Positions 11,073-22,000 of a DNA stretch of 23,458 nt are shown here, one piece after another. A program made the position numbers and the translations under genes. The notes under the pieces were generated by a model. The model was not told the origin of the DNA. It ran no database searches and saw only the letters and a list, made by a program, of their open reading frames with translations. Each line of letters starts with the position of its first letter. The first letter of the stretch is position 1. Source of the stretch: Paramecium tetraurelia. Its lineage: Eukaryota. The stretch lies in contig CT868009.1 in assembly GCA_000165425.1 (NCBI GenBank), positions 248,001-271,458 on the forward strand. Reading direction: 5' to 3'.

Positions 11073-12799
11073 TAATATTATTCATAATTCTTTATAATAT
11101 ATTGAACTTCTACAGCTATTGATTACTAAATTAATTAATAAGTTGATATTTTATTATTCAAATAAGGAATTCATCATAGCATTACATATTAAAATGACTC
11201 TTTCTAGTAATTTTCAAAATTTATTTAGATGTCTTAATTTTAATTAGAAAATAAAATTTTCTCAATTAAACTTATCCATGCATCTCATTAAATTTTATAC
11301 TGTCATTCTATAATCTTCCTAATTTATTTATTTATTTTACTTCTATAAAGTAATTGAGATCAAATTGACAGACCTAAATGGAATAAATTAATTTATATAT
11401 ATTAATGAAGTATTTATTATTCATACTTCTGGTTCTAAGATCAAAAATTCCTTCAGAAGAGCTATGAGCTTTTCCTTCAATATATAGCATGCATATAATA
11501 TATTTTTTTAATGATTGTTAATAATTAACTTAAAATTATCGAAATTTTAATGATTTTAAATAAATTAAAATTATAAGCATTTCTCAGTATTTATTACATA
11601 AATGCATAATTTCATATTTAGATGTCTAATTGTTTCATTTTTTAAATTAGTAATTAAAAATGCTTTAATTATTATAAAGTGGAGGTTAATTATATTGATC
11701 ATTAATTAATTGGAACCCCTTAACTAAGTCATACTAAATCGATTAAAAAACCAATGAAGTCAAATAATTATAAATTCAATTTTATCTTTTCTATGAAAAT
11801 AGTATATTTAGATTTTACTTAAGACTTATCAATTATATAAAGAGCCATAAAATCTTATTTTTTATTCTATTTCCAACTTTCAAGAAAACGATTCATACAA
11901 ATGCTTCGAAAACGAAATGAGGAATGAAGGACTGGAAATTAATTGACTTCATTTTTTGTGTTGAACTAATATTTGCCTCATAACTCTTTCCAATCTGTTT
12001 ACAGGGCTACAAATTTTCCAGAATGATAATTGAAAAGTTGCCTTGTAGTTTAACTAGTCATCCTGTGCCCTGTTCCTAAATAGAGTCTTGACATCCCTAG
12101 AATTCAGAAATAAATTGAGTTAGTTTGAAATTAACACCAAAAACAAAAGAATAATATAGGAGGCTCTGAACAACAATATTAAAAGATTTATAATGAATGA
12201 AATCGCTATTTCTTTTAGTTTTTGCAATTATACATGGTTGCATGAATTTCAAATTAATCGATAGCCTATTTCTGGTACATAGTAAAAATAAATTTTACTC
12301 AGGTAAAGGGTAATTTAGAAAGAAATAGCATAATTTAAAGAAATTCAACCTCTAAAATATATTCTTCATAAAGAAATTAAAAAGTTTATATCACTATCAA
12401 TTACATGATGTATTAAAAACTGAAACTGACCTTACCTTTCTTTAAACATGAAGGATAATATTTATTTTTTTTTCTACCTTAATCAGAGACAATTTAATAC
12501 TTTTGTGATATCTATTTAAAATAACCTAAATATCTAATAATTATATTGGATATCGACAAATAGTTATATAATTATTTTACTAAGTTCAGCTATAGAATTT
12601 AAGGTGATTTAATAAAAGATGTAAGAAATGTGTAAAACTTTAGCAAATTTGTTTTAGGAACTTTAATTCTTATTATAGGCTAGGGAAGATTTGAAATCAA
12701 AATTATGAGATGATTTAAATTAAGTAACTAGTATATATTATCAAGATCGTTAAAATTGATCAATTAAAGGAAATAATAATAATAAATTTGTACTAATTA

Positions 12800-13358
12800 G
12801 GTGATACGGTAAATTCTTAGGCTATTGAAATGAGTCAGAAGAACTTACAATAATATATTAAATGTTTAATTTAAAATAATGGAGCATTTAAATGAGAAAC
12901 CTTTTAGTGGGTTGGATTAGAAATAAAATCAAATAAAAATTGGAACATTGAGAGATTTCAAGAATTTCAAAAATCTAGTGAATTATATCATCAAATTTCA
13001 GGTAGATATTTTAGTTTACATAAATTGTGTCAACTAAAACTTGAAAAAATATTAAATTGTAAATTAATGAATAATAATGTTGTTTTAAAATACAAAATAT
13101 CATACAGAGCAAACAGCTAAATAAATATTATAGGCATAACTGAAATTTTTCAGGAACACAAGAAAATTTAAATAGAAATTTGTTTTTGACTAAAGTAATT
13201 GGTAAAAGCAATTTATTATTTGCTTATCTTGTAATGGATGAAGATAAAATCAAACTATTAATATATCCAATAGATTTTGGAGGTGGTCACTCATTTGTTT
13301 TGGCTAAGAACAACGTAAAATTCAGGAATGTGAAGTATTTGAAATAAGATTTATTTGA
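12800..13358 (+). pseudogene. Degenerate TLDc-domain gene
   Basis: Fragments in different frames occur in TLDc order: 'SGTQENLNRNLFLTKVIGKSNLL', 'QWMKIKSNYQYIQ', 'DFGGGH', 'FGQEQRKIQECEVFEIRFI*' (TGA 13356-13358). There are internal TGAs, frameshifts and missing segments. The 5' boundary is approximate. Confidence 0.65.
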
Positions 13359-13713
13359 AATCTAAATATATAAAATTAGTTGGTTTATAGCTAAATTATA
13401 TAAATCATCAAATAAGAAAGTTCTTGCATTTTGAACTTAAAAATATCTTTAATTCTGTTTTTTGTAATTTGGTTTTCAAAACATGATGTGGGTTGTTGAA
13501 TTAAAGCAATTTTATTTTGAATGTTCTTTTTTATTTATATTTTGATTTTTAATAGGATTTTTCTTTAATTACTATATAACTAAGTTTAGTTATTCAAATA
13601 AACATCCTTGTTAAAGTAAATTACATCAAGATTGATTGCATAACTGAAGTTAGATTTATTGTTAAATTCCTTTAACGAATGCTGTTTATCAAGATGAAAA
13701 TGTTAATTCGAAT

Positions 13714-15251
13714 TCATAATAATATTAATTATATCATTTTCGTATTGCCAACAATTGATGCATTTTTGAATTCTTATGCTCTATCAAATTTATCCTAATT
13801 CAATAACGAATTATCTGAAATTTTTTGAATTATTACTTTTATTTGTTAATATTTCTTAATTTCTTGATATTCGAAGGGCAGAATCATAAGACTTTATAGC
13901 TTTATTATATTCTTTAAGGTTATCTAAAGCTAATCCTATAATTAATTTCGAAATTAGAAACCTTTTCTAAAATAATAGTGCTGATTATTAGAATTTATAT
14001 TGATTGCTTTATTATAGTATTCTACAGCTTCAAGGTAGTGTTCAACTTAATGTAAGGCTTTTCCTAAAATTTTATTATTGTTATTATTAATTAGGTTACC
14101 TTTATAGTAGTAGGCCTTATCATTTTGAAAATTTATTTTTAGTGCCAAGTCATAACATTCAATTGCTTCTTCAAAAAGTTTCAATTAAGTTAGCGCATAT
14201 CCTTACTTTGAGATAAAATAAATACCTTTATTTAAATATATTGCATCGTTTTGGGAATTTAATTTTAAAGCTTAATTATAATTTGCAATTGCATCCTCAA
14301 AATATTCTAATTTTGTTAGAGTATTTCCTTTGATTTTCATTGTAATAAAATACCTTTATAAAAGTAAGCGGATGGATTATCCAATCGTAAATGAATTGCC
14401 TTATTATAATAAACAATAGCTTCCTCATAATTTTACATCAGATATAGATCATTAGCTTAATTAATTTTAAATATATAACCTTAAGTTAAATAATGAGTTT
14501 ATTTTTGAATGGCTTCTAAGTATGTTTAGTTTTGGGCTTGGCTGGCTTGTTTATGACTTAATTAAATAGTTTTATACTCATCAATTTCAACGTATATAAA
14601 GAGCATCACAACTGCTCCAATCAGAAAAAGATAAATATACATAATACAAACTATGACTTGAAAAGTTACAATGCACCATGAACCTCCTTTTGAAAGATAG
14701 TTCATTATATACTCTAATTGTAAATATCACAAAGTATACGTGTAAATTTCTATTTTTCATTAGTTAAGCGAACCTTCTTTGTTAATTCTAAAGATTAAAT
14801 TAGGTGTTCCATTTAATTTAACTTATTTACTAAATACTTTATTAAATTTACAATCATCTAGTTATCTATCTTGTTAAAATTCCTCTTTTAACATTATGAT
14901 TTATTCATTTGAAAAAGAATTCAATTTTTACTTCGATAAATTTCCTTAAATATTTCTAAAATCTTCTATTTATTTTTCATAGGCTTCAATTTAATGTCTG
15001 TTTAATTGACTTAATTGAATTTATTTTTCTCTGATCTTGTCTAAGTGATTCTTTTTTTCTTTGATAGAAATTGATAAGTCTTTGATTATTTGTCCAAATT
15101 CTTTGCAACTTTCCATATGATCCGAATGATCTTCTTCTAAACATAATTAACAATAGATAGAATTTTAAGGGCATTTTATGGAAACACAAAAACCTATGCA
15201 AATTTATGATTTGTGAAGTCTACAAATCAGAGCCTTTGATGTATTAAACAT
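13714..15251 (-). CDS. ~443 aa protein: N-terminal Cys/His (B-box-like) finger, coiled coil, single TM helix, ~5 TPRs; 8 introns
   Basis: ATG at 15251: 'MFNTSKALICRLHKSQICIGFCVSIKCPQNSIYCQLCLEEDHSDHMESC'. TM segment 'WCIVTFQVIVCIMYIYLFLIGAVVMLFIYV' at ~14590-14680. TPR exons of 102 nt at 14354-14455, 14226-14327, 14100-14201 and 13962-14063. Introns of 22, 26, 24, 26, 24, 36, 26 and 22 nt, all phase 1. TGA at 13714-13716. Confidence 0.88.
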
Positions 15252-15699
15252 TGAATTATAGATTAAATGTAGAAGTAATCATTCTATCTATAATATTTTT
15301 TTACATACGTGTAAATAATTAAATCATCAATATATATAAATTAAGATAACCAAAACCTAATTCTTAAAATTTATTAAATCAATATAGTATATATGAGCTC
15401 ATATCATAGCTAATCGTTTTTGATATATCAAAAATAAATGAAAATTTTTCAGGTGTAATGTAGCAAATTTATCTCTAAAGATTGTAAAATATAAAATAAA
15501 ATGATAATCAAAATAGAAAAATGAATTCTAACATAAAAATCAATTTTAATTTCGACATTGGAGTATAAATGTTGAAAATAAAGCTATTCTGAAATTCCTA
15601 CTATTCTCTATATTTATTTCAGATTTCTTCAAAACAATTTCAGTTTATATCTCATAGAAATGTATATATTAGGTTGATATTCAAATAATCATTATTGAT

Positions 15700-16050
15700 A
15701 GAAAATAAACACAATTCATAGTATTTAACAGCCATCTATTATTGTCAAAGTCATTTCTGATTATTCTAAAGATTTTAAAATAAATTTTGAATTATTATCA
15801 TTGCAGGGAATTTGATTTTATCATTTTTTATTAACTTATGCAACTCTTATTTCATCAGTAAATTACTAAAAAGACCATTCATACTACAACTAGTTAGTGA
15901 TACCATCGCTAACAGAAATTATAAGATCCTCAGTTTTATTAATTAAGACATCCCTATTATTTGCTTTCCCTTAAATTTGAGTGATTAATTAACCAAATAT
16001 TTTTGATTATAAAACTCAAGGAAAATCAAAAGCTTGCGTATTATAAAGCT
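15700..16050 (-). pseudogene. Possible decayed WD40-gene fragment
   Basis: Minus-strand 'LINKTEDLIISVSDG...EWSFQQFTD' resembles ciliate WD40 repeats (xNxxEDLIISGSxD...W) but is bounded by TGA stops. No intact gene model could be built. Confidence 0.3.
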
Positions 16051-16596
16051 ATTCAAGGTAATCTATTATTTTGGTCTTTCTTTAGCATTTCGAATGTCCA
16101 ATTAAAAATGATACATCAATATTTAATGTTTCTGTGGATACATTATGCAAATATTTCTTCTCACATAAGGGTGAAAAATCTTCTTCTTCTTTCTACATCT
16201 TATTTCCTATTTTGAAACCGACTGAAATTAAAGTGATAAAAGTATAGTTCTTATGGTTAAAAGAAAAACAATGGAAACATTAATTTTAATTCAGGACTTC
16301 CTATATGTATAAACAGGACATCTCAAAGGACCATTATTTAATTTATCTAATTCCATTGTTCACAATAAAAAATCATCCCTCAATTCAACTCTTTTCCTTT
16401 GCTCAAATAGCAAAGTATTAGCAAATCTATACTCACATAAGGCTCTCCTAAGTCATATTAAGATTTCTATAAATATAAGTGTTCTAAAAAGAAAAAAAAT
16501 CGCCAGTTAACTATGAAAAAAGTTTGTTTATCAAAAAGAAAATATAGTAAACAAGAATTGATATTGAATATTTGCAATGCATTATTATTATAATTA

Positions 16597-19500
16597 TCAA
16601 TTATATTATAATCCTATTGTTCTTTCTAAATTATAACTTCCTCTTGATTTAAATAATGGTCTTAAGTCGATGCCTAATTAATTATTAAATTCTCCTTTCA
16701 ACATTAAAGCATCTTAAGCTTACAATANNNNNNNNNNNNNNNNNNNNNNNNNNNNNNNNNNNNNNNNNNNNNNNNNNNNNNNNNNNNNNNNNNNNNNNNN
16801 NNNNNNNNNNNNNNNNNNNNNNNNNNNNNNNNNNNNNNNNNNNNNNNNNNNNNNNNNNNNNNNNNNNNNNNNNNNNNNNNNNNNNNNNNNNNNNNNNNNN
16901 NNNNNNNNNNNNNNNNNNNNNNNNNNNNNNNNNNNNNNNNNNNNNNNNNNNNNNNNNNNNNNNNNNNNNNNNNNNNNNNNNNNNNNNNNNNNNNNNNNNN
17001 NNNNNNNNNNNNNNNNNNNNNNNNNNNNNNNNNNNNNNNNNNNNNNNNNNNNNNNNNNNNNNNNNNNNNNNNNNNNNNNNNNNNNNNNNNNNNNNNNNNN
17101 NNNNNNNNNNNNNNNNNNNNNNNNNNNNNNNNNNNNNNNNNNNNNNNNNNNNNNNNNNNNNNNNNNNNNNNNNNNNNNNNNNNNNNNNNNNNNNNNNNNN
17201 NNNNNNNNNNNNNNNNNNNNNNNNNNNNNNNNNNNNNNNNNNNNNNNNNNNNNNNNNNNNNNNNNNNNNNNNNNNNNNNNNNNNNNNNNNNNNNNNNNNN
17301 NNNNNNNNNNNNNNNNNNNNNNNNNNNNNNNNNNNNNNNNNNNNNNNNNNNNNNNNNNNNNNNNNNNNNNNNNNNNNNNNNNNNNNNNNNNNNNNNNNNN
17401 NNNNNNNNNNNNNNNNNNNNNNNNNNNNNNNNNNNNGACCATCAGGAGAGAAGCAAACTGAATAAACAGTGCTAGTATGACCACCTAATTAGGCTTTTTA
17501 TTCACGTGTTATTACATCCCACAAACGGATGGATGCATCATCACCACCAGATGCTAATGTGGTATTATCGGAGAAACATACTGACAATACAGAGCTAGTA
17601 TGCCCAACTAATTTGGCTTTTAATTCTCCTGTCTTAACATCCCATAAATAGATTGAGTTATCAGAACTGCCAGATGCTAATGTAGTACCATCAGGAGAGA
17701 AACAGATTGACATAACTTATTTAGTATGGCCATGTAATATGGCTTTTTATTATCCTGTCTTAATATCCCATAAAAGGATTGAGTTATCATAACTACCAGA
17801 CGCTAATGTAGTACCATCAGGAGAGAAACAGACTGACATGACTTATCTACTATGGCCATCTAATTTTCCTTTTTAAAATCCTGTCTTTACATCCCATAAA
17901 CAGATAGACTTATCCGAACTACCTGATACTAAAGTTGTTCCATCAGGAGAAAAACAGAGTGACCAAACTTTATCACTATGACCTTATAATTTAGCCTTTT
18001 ATTATCCTGTATTAACATCCCATAAACTGATAGATTCGTCATCACTCCCAGATGCTATTGTTAAGCCATCAGGTGTGAAACAGACTGAATGGACAGTCTT
18101 GGTATGATAATCTAATTTGACTTTTTATAATTCTATTTCAATATCCCATAAACGGATTGAGTTATCTTAACTACAAGATGATAATGTATTCCCATCAGGA
18201 GAGAAATAGACTGAATTAACACAATCAGTATGACCATCTAATTTAGCTTTTTATTGTCCTGTCTTAATATCCCATAACCGGATAGAATTATCATCGCCAT
18301 TCAATACTCCACTACCAGATGCTAATGTGGTGCCATCAGAAGAGAAACAAATTGAATTAACTTAATCTCTATGACCATCTAATTTGATTTTTTATTATCC
18401 CGTCTTAACATCCCATAAACTGATAGACATATCTAAGCTACCAGATGCTAAAATCGTTCCATCAGGAGAGAAACAAACTGTCTAAACACTGTCAATATGA
18501 CCAAATAATCTGGCGTTCAATTATTCTGTTTTTACATCCCATAAACTGATAGAGTAATCAGAACTGCCAGATGCTAATGTTTAACCATCAGGAGAGAAAC
18601 AGACTGACATAATTTTTTTAAGGTAGCCATATAATCCGCCTATTTGTTATCCTGTTATGACATCCCATAATAGGATAAAATAATTATCCAATAGTTAACC
18701 ACTACCACTACAAGATACTAATGTAGTACCATCAGGAGAGAACTAAACTGTCTGTATCTTGTTTTGGTGGCTGATTAATTTTAATATTTATTTCCCTGTT
18801 TTGAGATTCCATAAATATATAAATTCGCAATCACCAAAAGCCAGAGTCGTACCATTAGGTGAGAAGCAAACTGAATTAACATTGCTTTTTCCTTTTAATA
18901 CAAACTTGATTTTTCCTGTTTTAACATCCCACAAACATATGAATTTATGATTACCACATGAAGCCAATGATCTGCCATCTGGAGAGAAAAAAACTTAATT
19001 GAACCCATTGAGATGACCATTTAACACCATCACCTCATTTATTCTTAGATTTTCCCATTTACAATTAAATAATTTGGCTCCATTCAAATTCATTCCACTT
19101 ATAATTACACCATAAAATTCAGATCCACTTAAGTCACATCTCACAAAATTTGCCCCTATTAATGAAGTATTCCTAATTTTAATATTTTCAAATGATTATG
19201 TCTTCAAATCCACTTTCATTTCAACTAATAAATGAAGTGAATTTGATCCACATTATATGTATCTCTTATCTAAGGCAGTAAGATGAACTAAAAATTTTAG
19301 AAATTCTATGATTCTCTTATTATATGATATTTTTGTGATCAAATATTATTTAATTTTTTCATATGCTTCTTTTGAATAATTCTGTTTATTAAAATCATGA
19401 TTCATAATTTTTTTCAGAGCTGCTGTTAATCTCTAAATGTTAATTTCTCCGACATATTACATCTACTCGTTATCAACCTGTGTTAACTTTGCTACTTATT

Positions 19501-19708
19501 ATGCATACTATTCAACTTTCCTTTGATTTACCCTTTCTGAAAGAAATTATAGGGGGTCTTTAATCATTTCTTTTTTAAGCATTCCAAAAATTACACAGAA
19601 AATCTTTTCATCTAAATCTGTAATTTATTCTAAAATCTAATACAAATCACTTTGCGATTTATAAGTTTATGATTACTGTGATTTTTTCACATTTCCACAG
19701 TTTCCCAT
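16597..19708 (-). CDS. Pentapeptide-repeat + WD40-repeat protein (ciliate NWD-like family, no NACHT domain visible); interrupted by an assembly gap
   Basis: ATG 19708 'MGNCGNVKK'. The frame is open without introns down to the gap at 17436: '[18 protein letters not shown]', pentapeptides '[46 protein letters not shown]', then 12 complete WD40 repeats plus a partial one. Beyond the gap, '[42 protein letters not shown]' ends at TGA 16597-16599. Confidence 0.92.
17437..19025 (-). repeat. Coding tandem array of ~126-nt WD40 units
   Basis: Plus-strand 'ccatcaggagagaaaca' and 'atcccataa' recur at ~126-nt spacing (e.g. W-D codons near 18410, 18270, 18145, 18018, 17892, 17766, 17640). Confidence 0.95.
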
Positions 19709-19949
19709 TATAGAAAAATTAAATTTATATCTGTTTCTATTACTTTATTAAAAAGTTGAGCAGATAAATTAGAAAAATCGGTAAGGTAGAAAGCAAAGAT
19801 TTGGAACTAGTTACAATTCAAGAAACTATAATTGTGAACATTTGCATAAATTTGGTTATAGAATAGTATGAATATGGAATATCAGTTCAAAATAAATTAT
19901 TAACAAAATTATTACAAGTATTTCCACAATTTAATTTATTTTTAAGTAA

Positions 19950-20990
19950 AACAATAGTGCTAGGGTTGTTTAAATTAATAATTGAATAAATCAATTGATT
20001 TACTAAGGCAACATTTATCTTCATATAACCAAAGAAGGATTTCGTATAAAATCAGTTTAACTTATTATTTTGGGTAAAGAAAAAAAAGTTGGGAAACTGG
20101 ATTAGATACAGCTATTAATTTGTTAATTGAATCCAAAATAACTTTATTACAAACCAATAATGAAAGAATCGAAGCGAGCTCACCTTGAAGGAAAAATATT
20201 TTCATTAAATTAAGCGGTTCCCTGAACATTTTTAGGTGATAATCTTAAGGTTGGCTCATTTATGTTTCCTTTTGAAGCCCATCTATCTGCAAACTTACCT
20301 GGAACATTTTATTATAAAATGAAGTTCTTTTAAAATTTGAGCTATAAATTAATTCCTTAGTAATCTCCACATCTAAATAGATGATGATATAAAAAAAATA
20401 TTTATGTAAACATCTTAAGGGAACCAATTAAGAAAACTTCAATTGAAACAAAAGAGGGAATACTTAAATTGTTAACGGATGCTTATTAATAGAAAAATAT
20501 CTATAATAAATCATATCTTTGACCTCTTATGTTGAAGTGAAAGTCGAAAAAATAATATATATATTTTCCAACCGAATTTCTAAACTTTAATTATGAAATA
20601 TAAAACTCAAATTATCAATTTGATGTAGATGAGGTAAATTCTGTGCTTATGTATCGATTAAGATTGGGATCTAACAAAGATTGTGAACATATTCTTGAAT
20701 TAAATGAAATTATTCATACCATCAAGGACTTTAAGCATGAAATAAATTTAATCTGCTTAATAGAGGAATAAATCATAATTGATTAATTTAAAAAATCCTC
20801 TTAAACATCTAACTCTATCAATTATAGGAAGTTGTGTGAATTCAATATATTAATTGAAAATGCAGCCAAATTTTGGGGGTAAATGTTAATCTATTTGGTT
20901 TTTCTTGTTTTTTAACCCAGACCTACTGTGAAGATTTTACTTAGCGTTTGGCTATTCCTCCTAAAAGCATATTCAACCAATTATCTAAAC
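19950..20990 (+). pseudogene. Arrestin-fold (alpha-arrestin-like) pseudogene
   Basis: 'GNIYLHITKEGFRIKSVQLIILGKEK/SWE', 'LKVGSFMFPFEAHLSANLPGTFYY...LSYKL' (arrestin N), 'ILREPIK' linker, 'YFPTEFLNFNYEIQNSNYQFDVDEVNSVLMYRLRL' and 'SIIGSCVNSIYQLKMQP' (arrestin C). These are broken by an in-frame TGA (~20223) and several frameshifts. Boundaries are approximate. Confidence 0.72.
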
Positions 20991-21269
20991 TCAAAATTGT
21001 CATCTAAAAGCATTTTAACCAATTATAATCTAATCAAACACTCAAGCTTAAATATAGTAATTGAATAATCCAATAAAAATTGTAAATTAACATAATACAT
21101 TAAAAAGTTAGATTTTCATATTGTTAAAAATTGACCTGATCCTGAAATACAATTTGTTAATTCATTATGTGAATCATATAAAAAGACAAAGGCGAATTTT
21201 TTTATCCTGTGTAATAAATCGAGTGATATATTTTTTAATTGGAAAAATAAAACTAAAATATAAAAAAAT

Positions 21270-22000
21270 TATTATTAAACATCAGTAACCTCCTGAATTA
21301 TTGGAATATAAGTCTATAAATTTTCTTATATTTAAAACTGGTTTTAAAGATAGAATAGAGATAGGATTTGTTGATATAGAAAATAATTGTATTACTCATA
21401 TTGATAATAAAATTAAAACTATATTATATATATAAATTCATTTTTAGCACTATAAATAAAATTTTAAAGATTAAGTAGATCAATACTATTCAGTAGATTG
21501 TCTTAGTTGCTATTCAAAAATGAATGTCTTTTATGGTTTAATTCCAATGGATGTGTAAGCTTTAAGATGTATAGCAGACGGGCTCCGACGGATCTCATTN
21601 NNNNNNNNNNNNNNNNNNNNNNNNNNNNNNNNNNNNNNNNNNNNNNNNNNNNNNNNNNNNNNNNNNNNNNNNNNNNNNNNNNNNNNNNNNNNNNNNNNNN
21701 NNNNNNNNNNNNNNNNNNNNNNNNNNNNNNNNNNNNNNNNNNNNNNNNNTTATTATTAAACATCAGTAACCTCCTGAATTATTGGAATATAAGTCTATAA
21801 ATTCTCTTATATTTAAAACTGTCTTAAAGATAGAATAGAGATAGGATTTGTTGTTTTTATATATATAAATTCATCCTTAGCACTATAAATAAAATCTTAA
21901 AGATTAAGTAGATCAATACTATTCAGTAGATTGTCTTAGTTGCTATTCAAAAATGAATGTCTCTTATGGTTTAATTCCAATGGATGTGTAAGCTTTAAGA
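21270..22000. repeat. Near-identical duplicated segment either side of the gap (21270-21567 vs 21751-22000); probably the same locus assembled twice
   Basis: Both copies run from 'tattattaaacatcagtaacctcctg' to 'ggatgtgtaagctttaaga'. They differ by scattered substitutions, a 1-nt indel and one 47-nt indel. Confidence 0.9.
21375..21423. mobile_element. Candidate 47-bp Internal Eliminated Sequence (IES) or TA-indel
   Basis: Present in copy 1, absent in copy 2. Bounded by TA at 21375 and 21422. Inward-facing ends read TATAGAAA and TATAGTTT versus the Paramecium consensus TAYAGYNR. Confidence 0.72.

Noticed and set aside
11880..12300. Slightly GC-richer tract, possibly a gene
   Set aside because: The frames I tried hit TGA quickly and showed no recognisable motif; it may be an old remnant but cannot be supported.
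14986..15201. 71-aa minus-strand ORF
   Set aside because: Wrong frame of the first exon of the finger-TM-TPR gene.
16720..17484. ORFs spanning N runs (also 4574-4822, 4593-4808, 21503-21763, 21507-21800)
   Set aside because: Artefacts of translating assembly gaps.
20107..20160. TACAGCTA, a perfect IES-end consensus inside the arrestin pseudogene
   Set aside because: No matching right end, and the excision I tried (to TA 20158) does not restore the frame.
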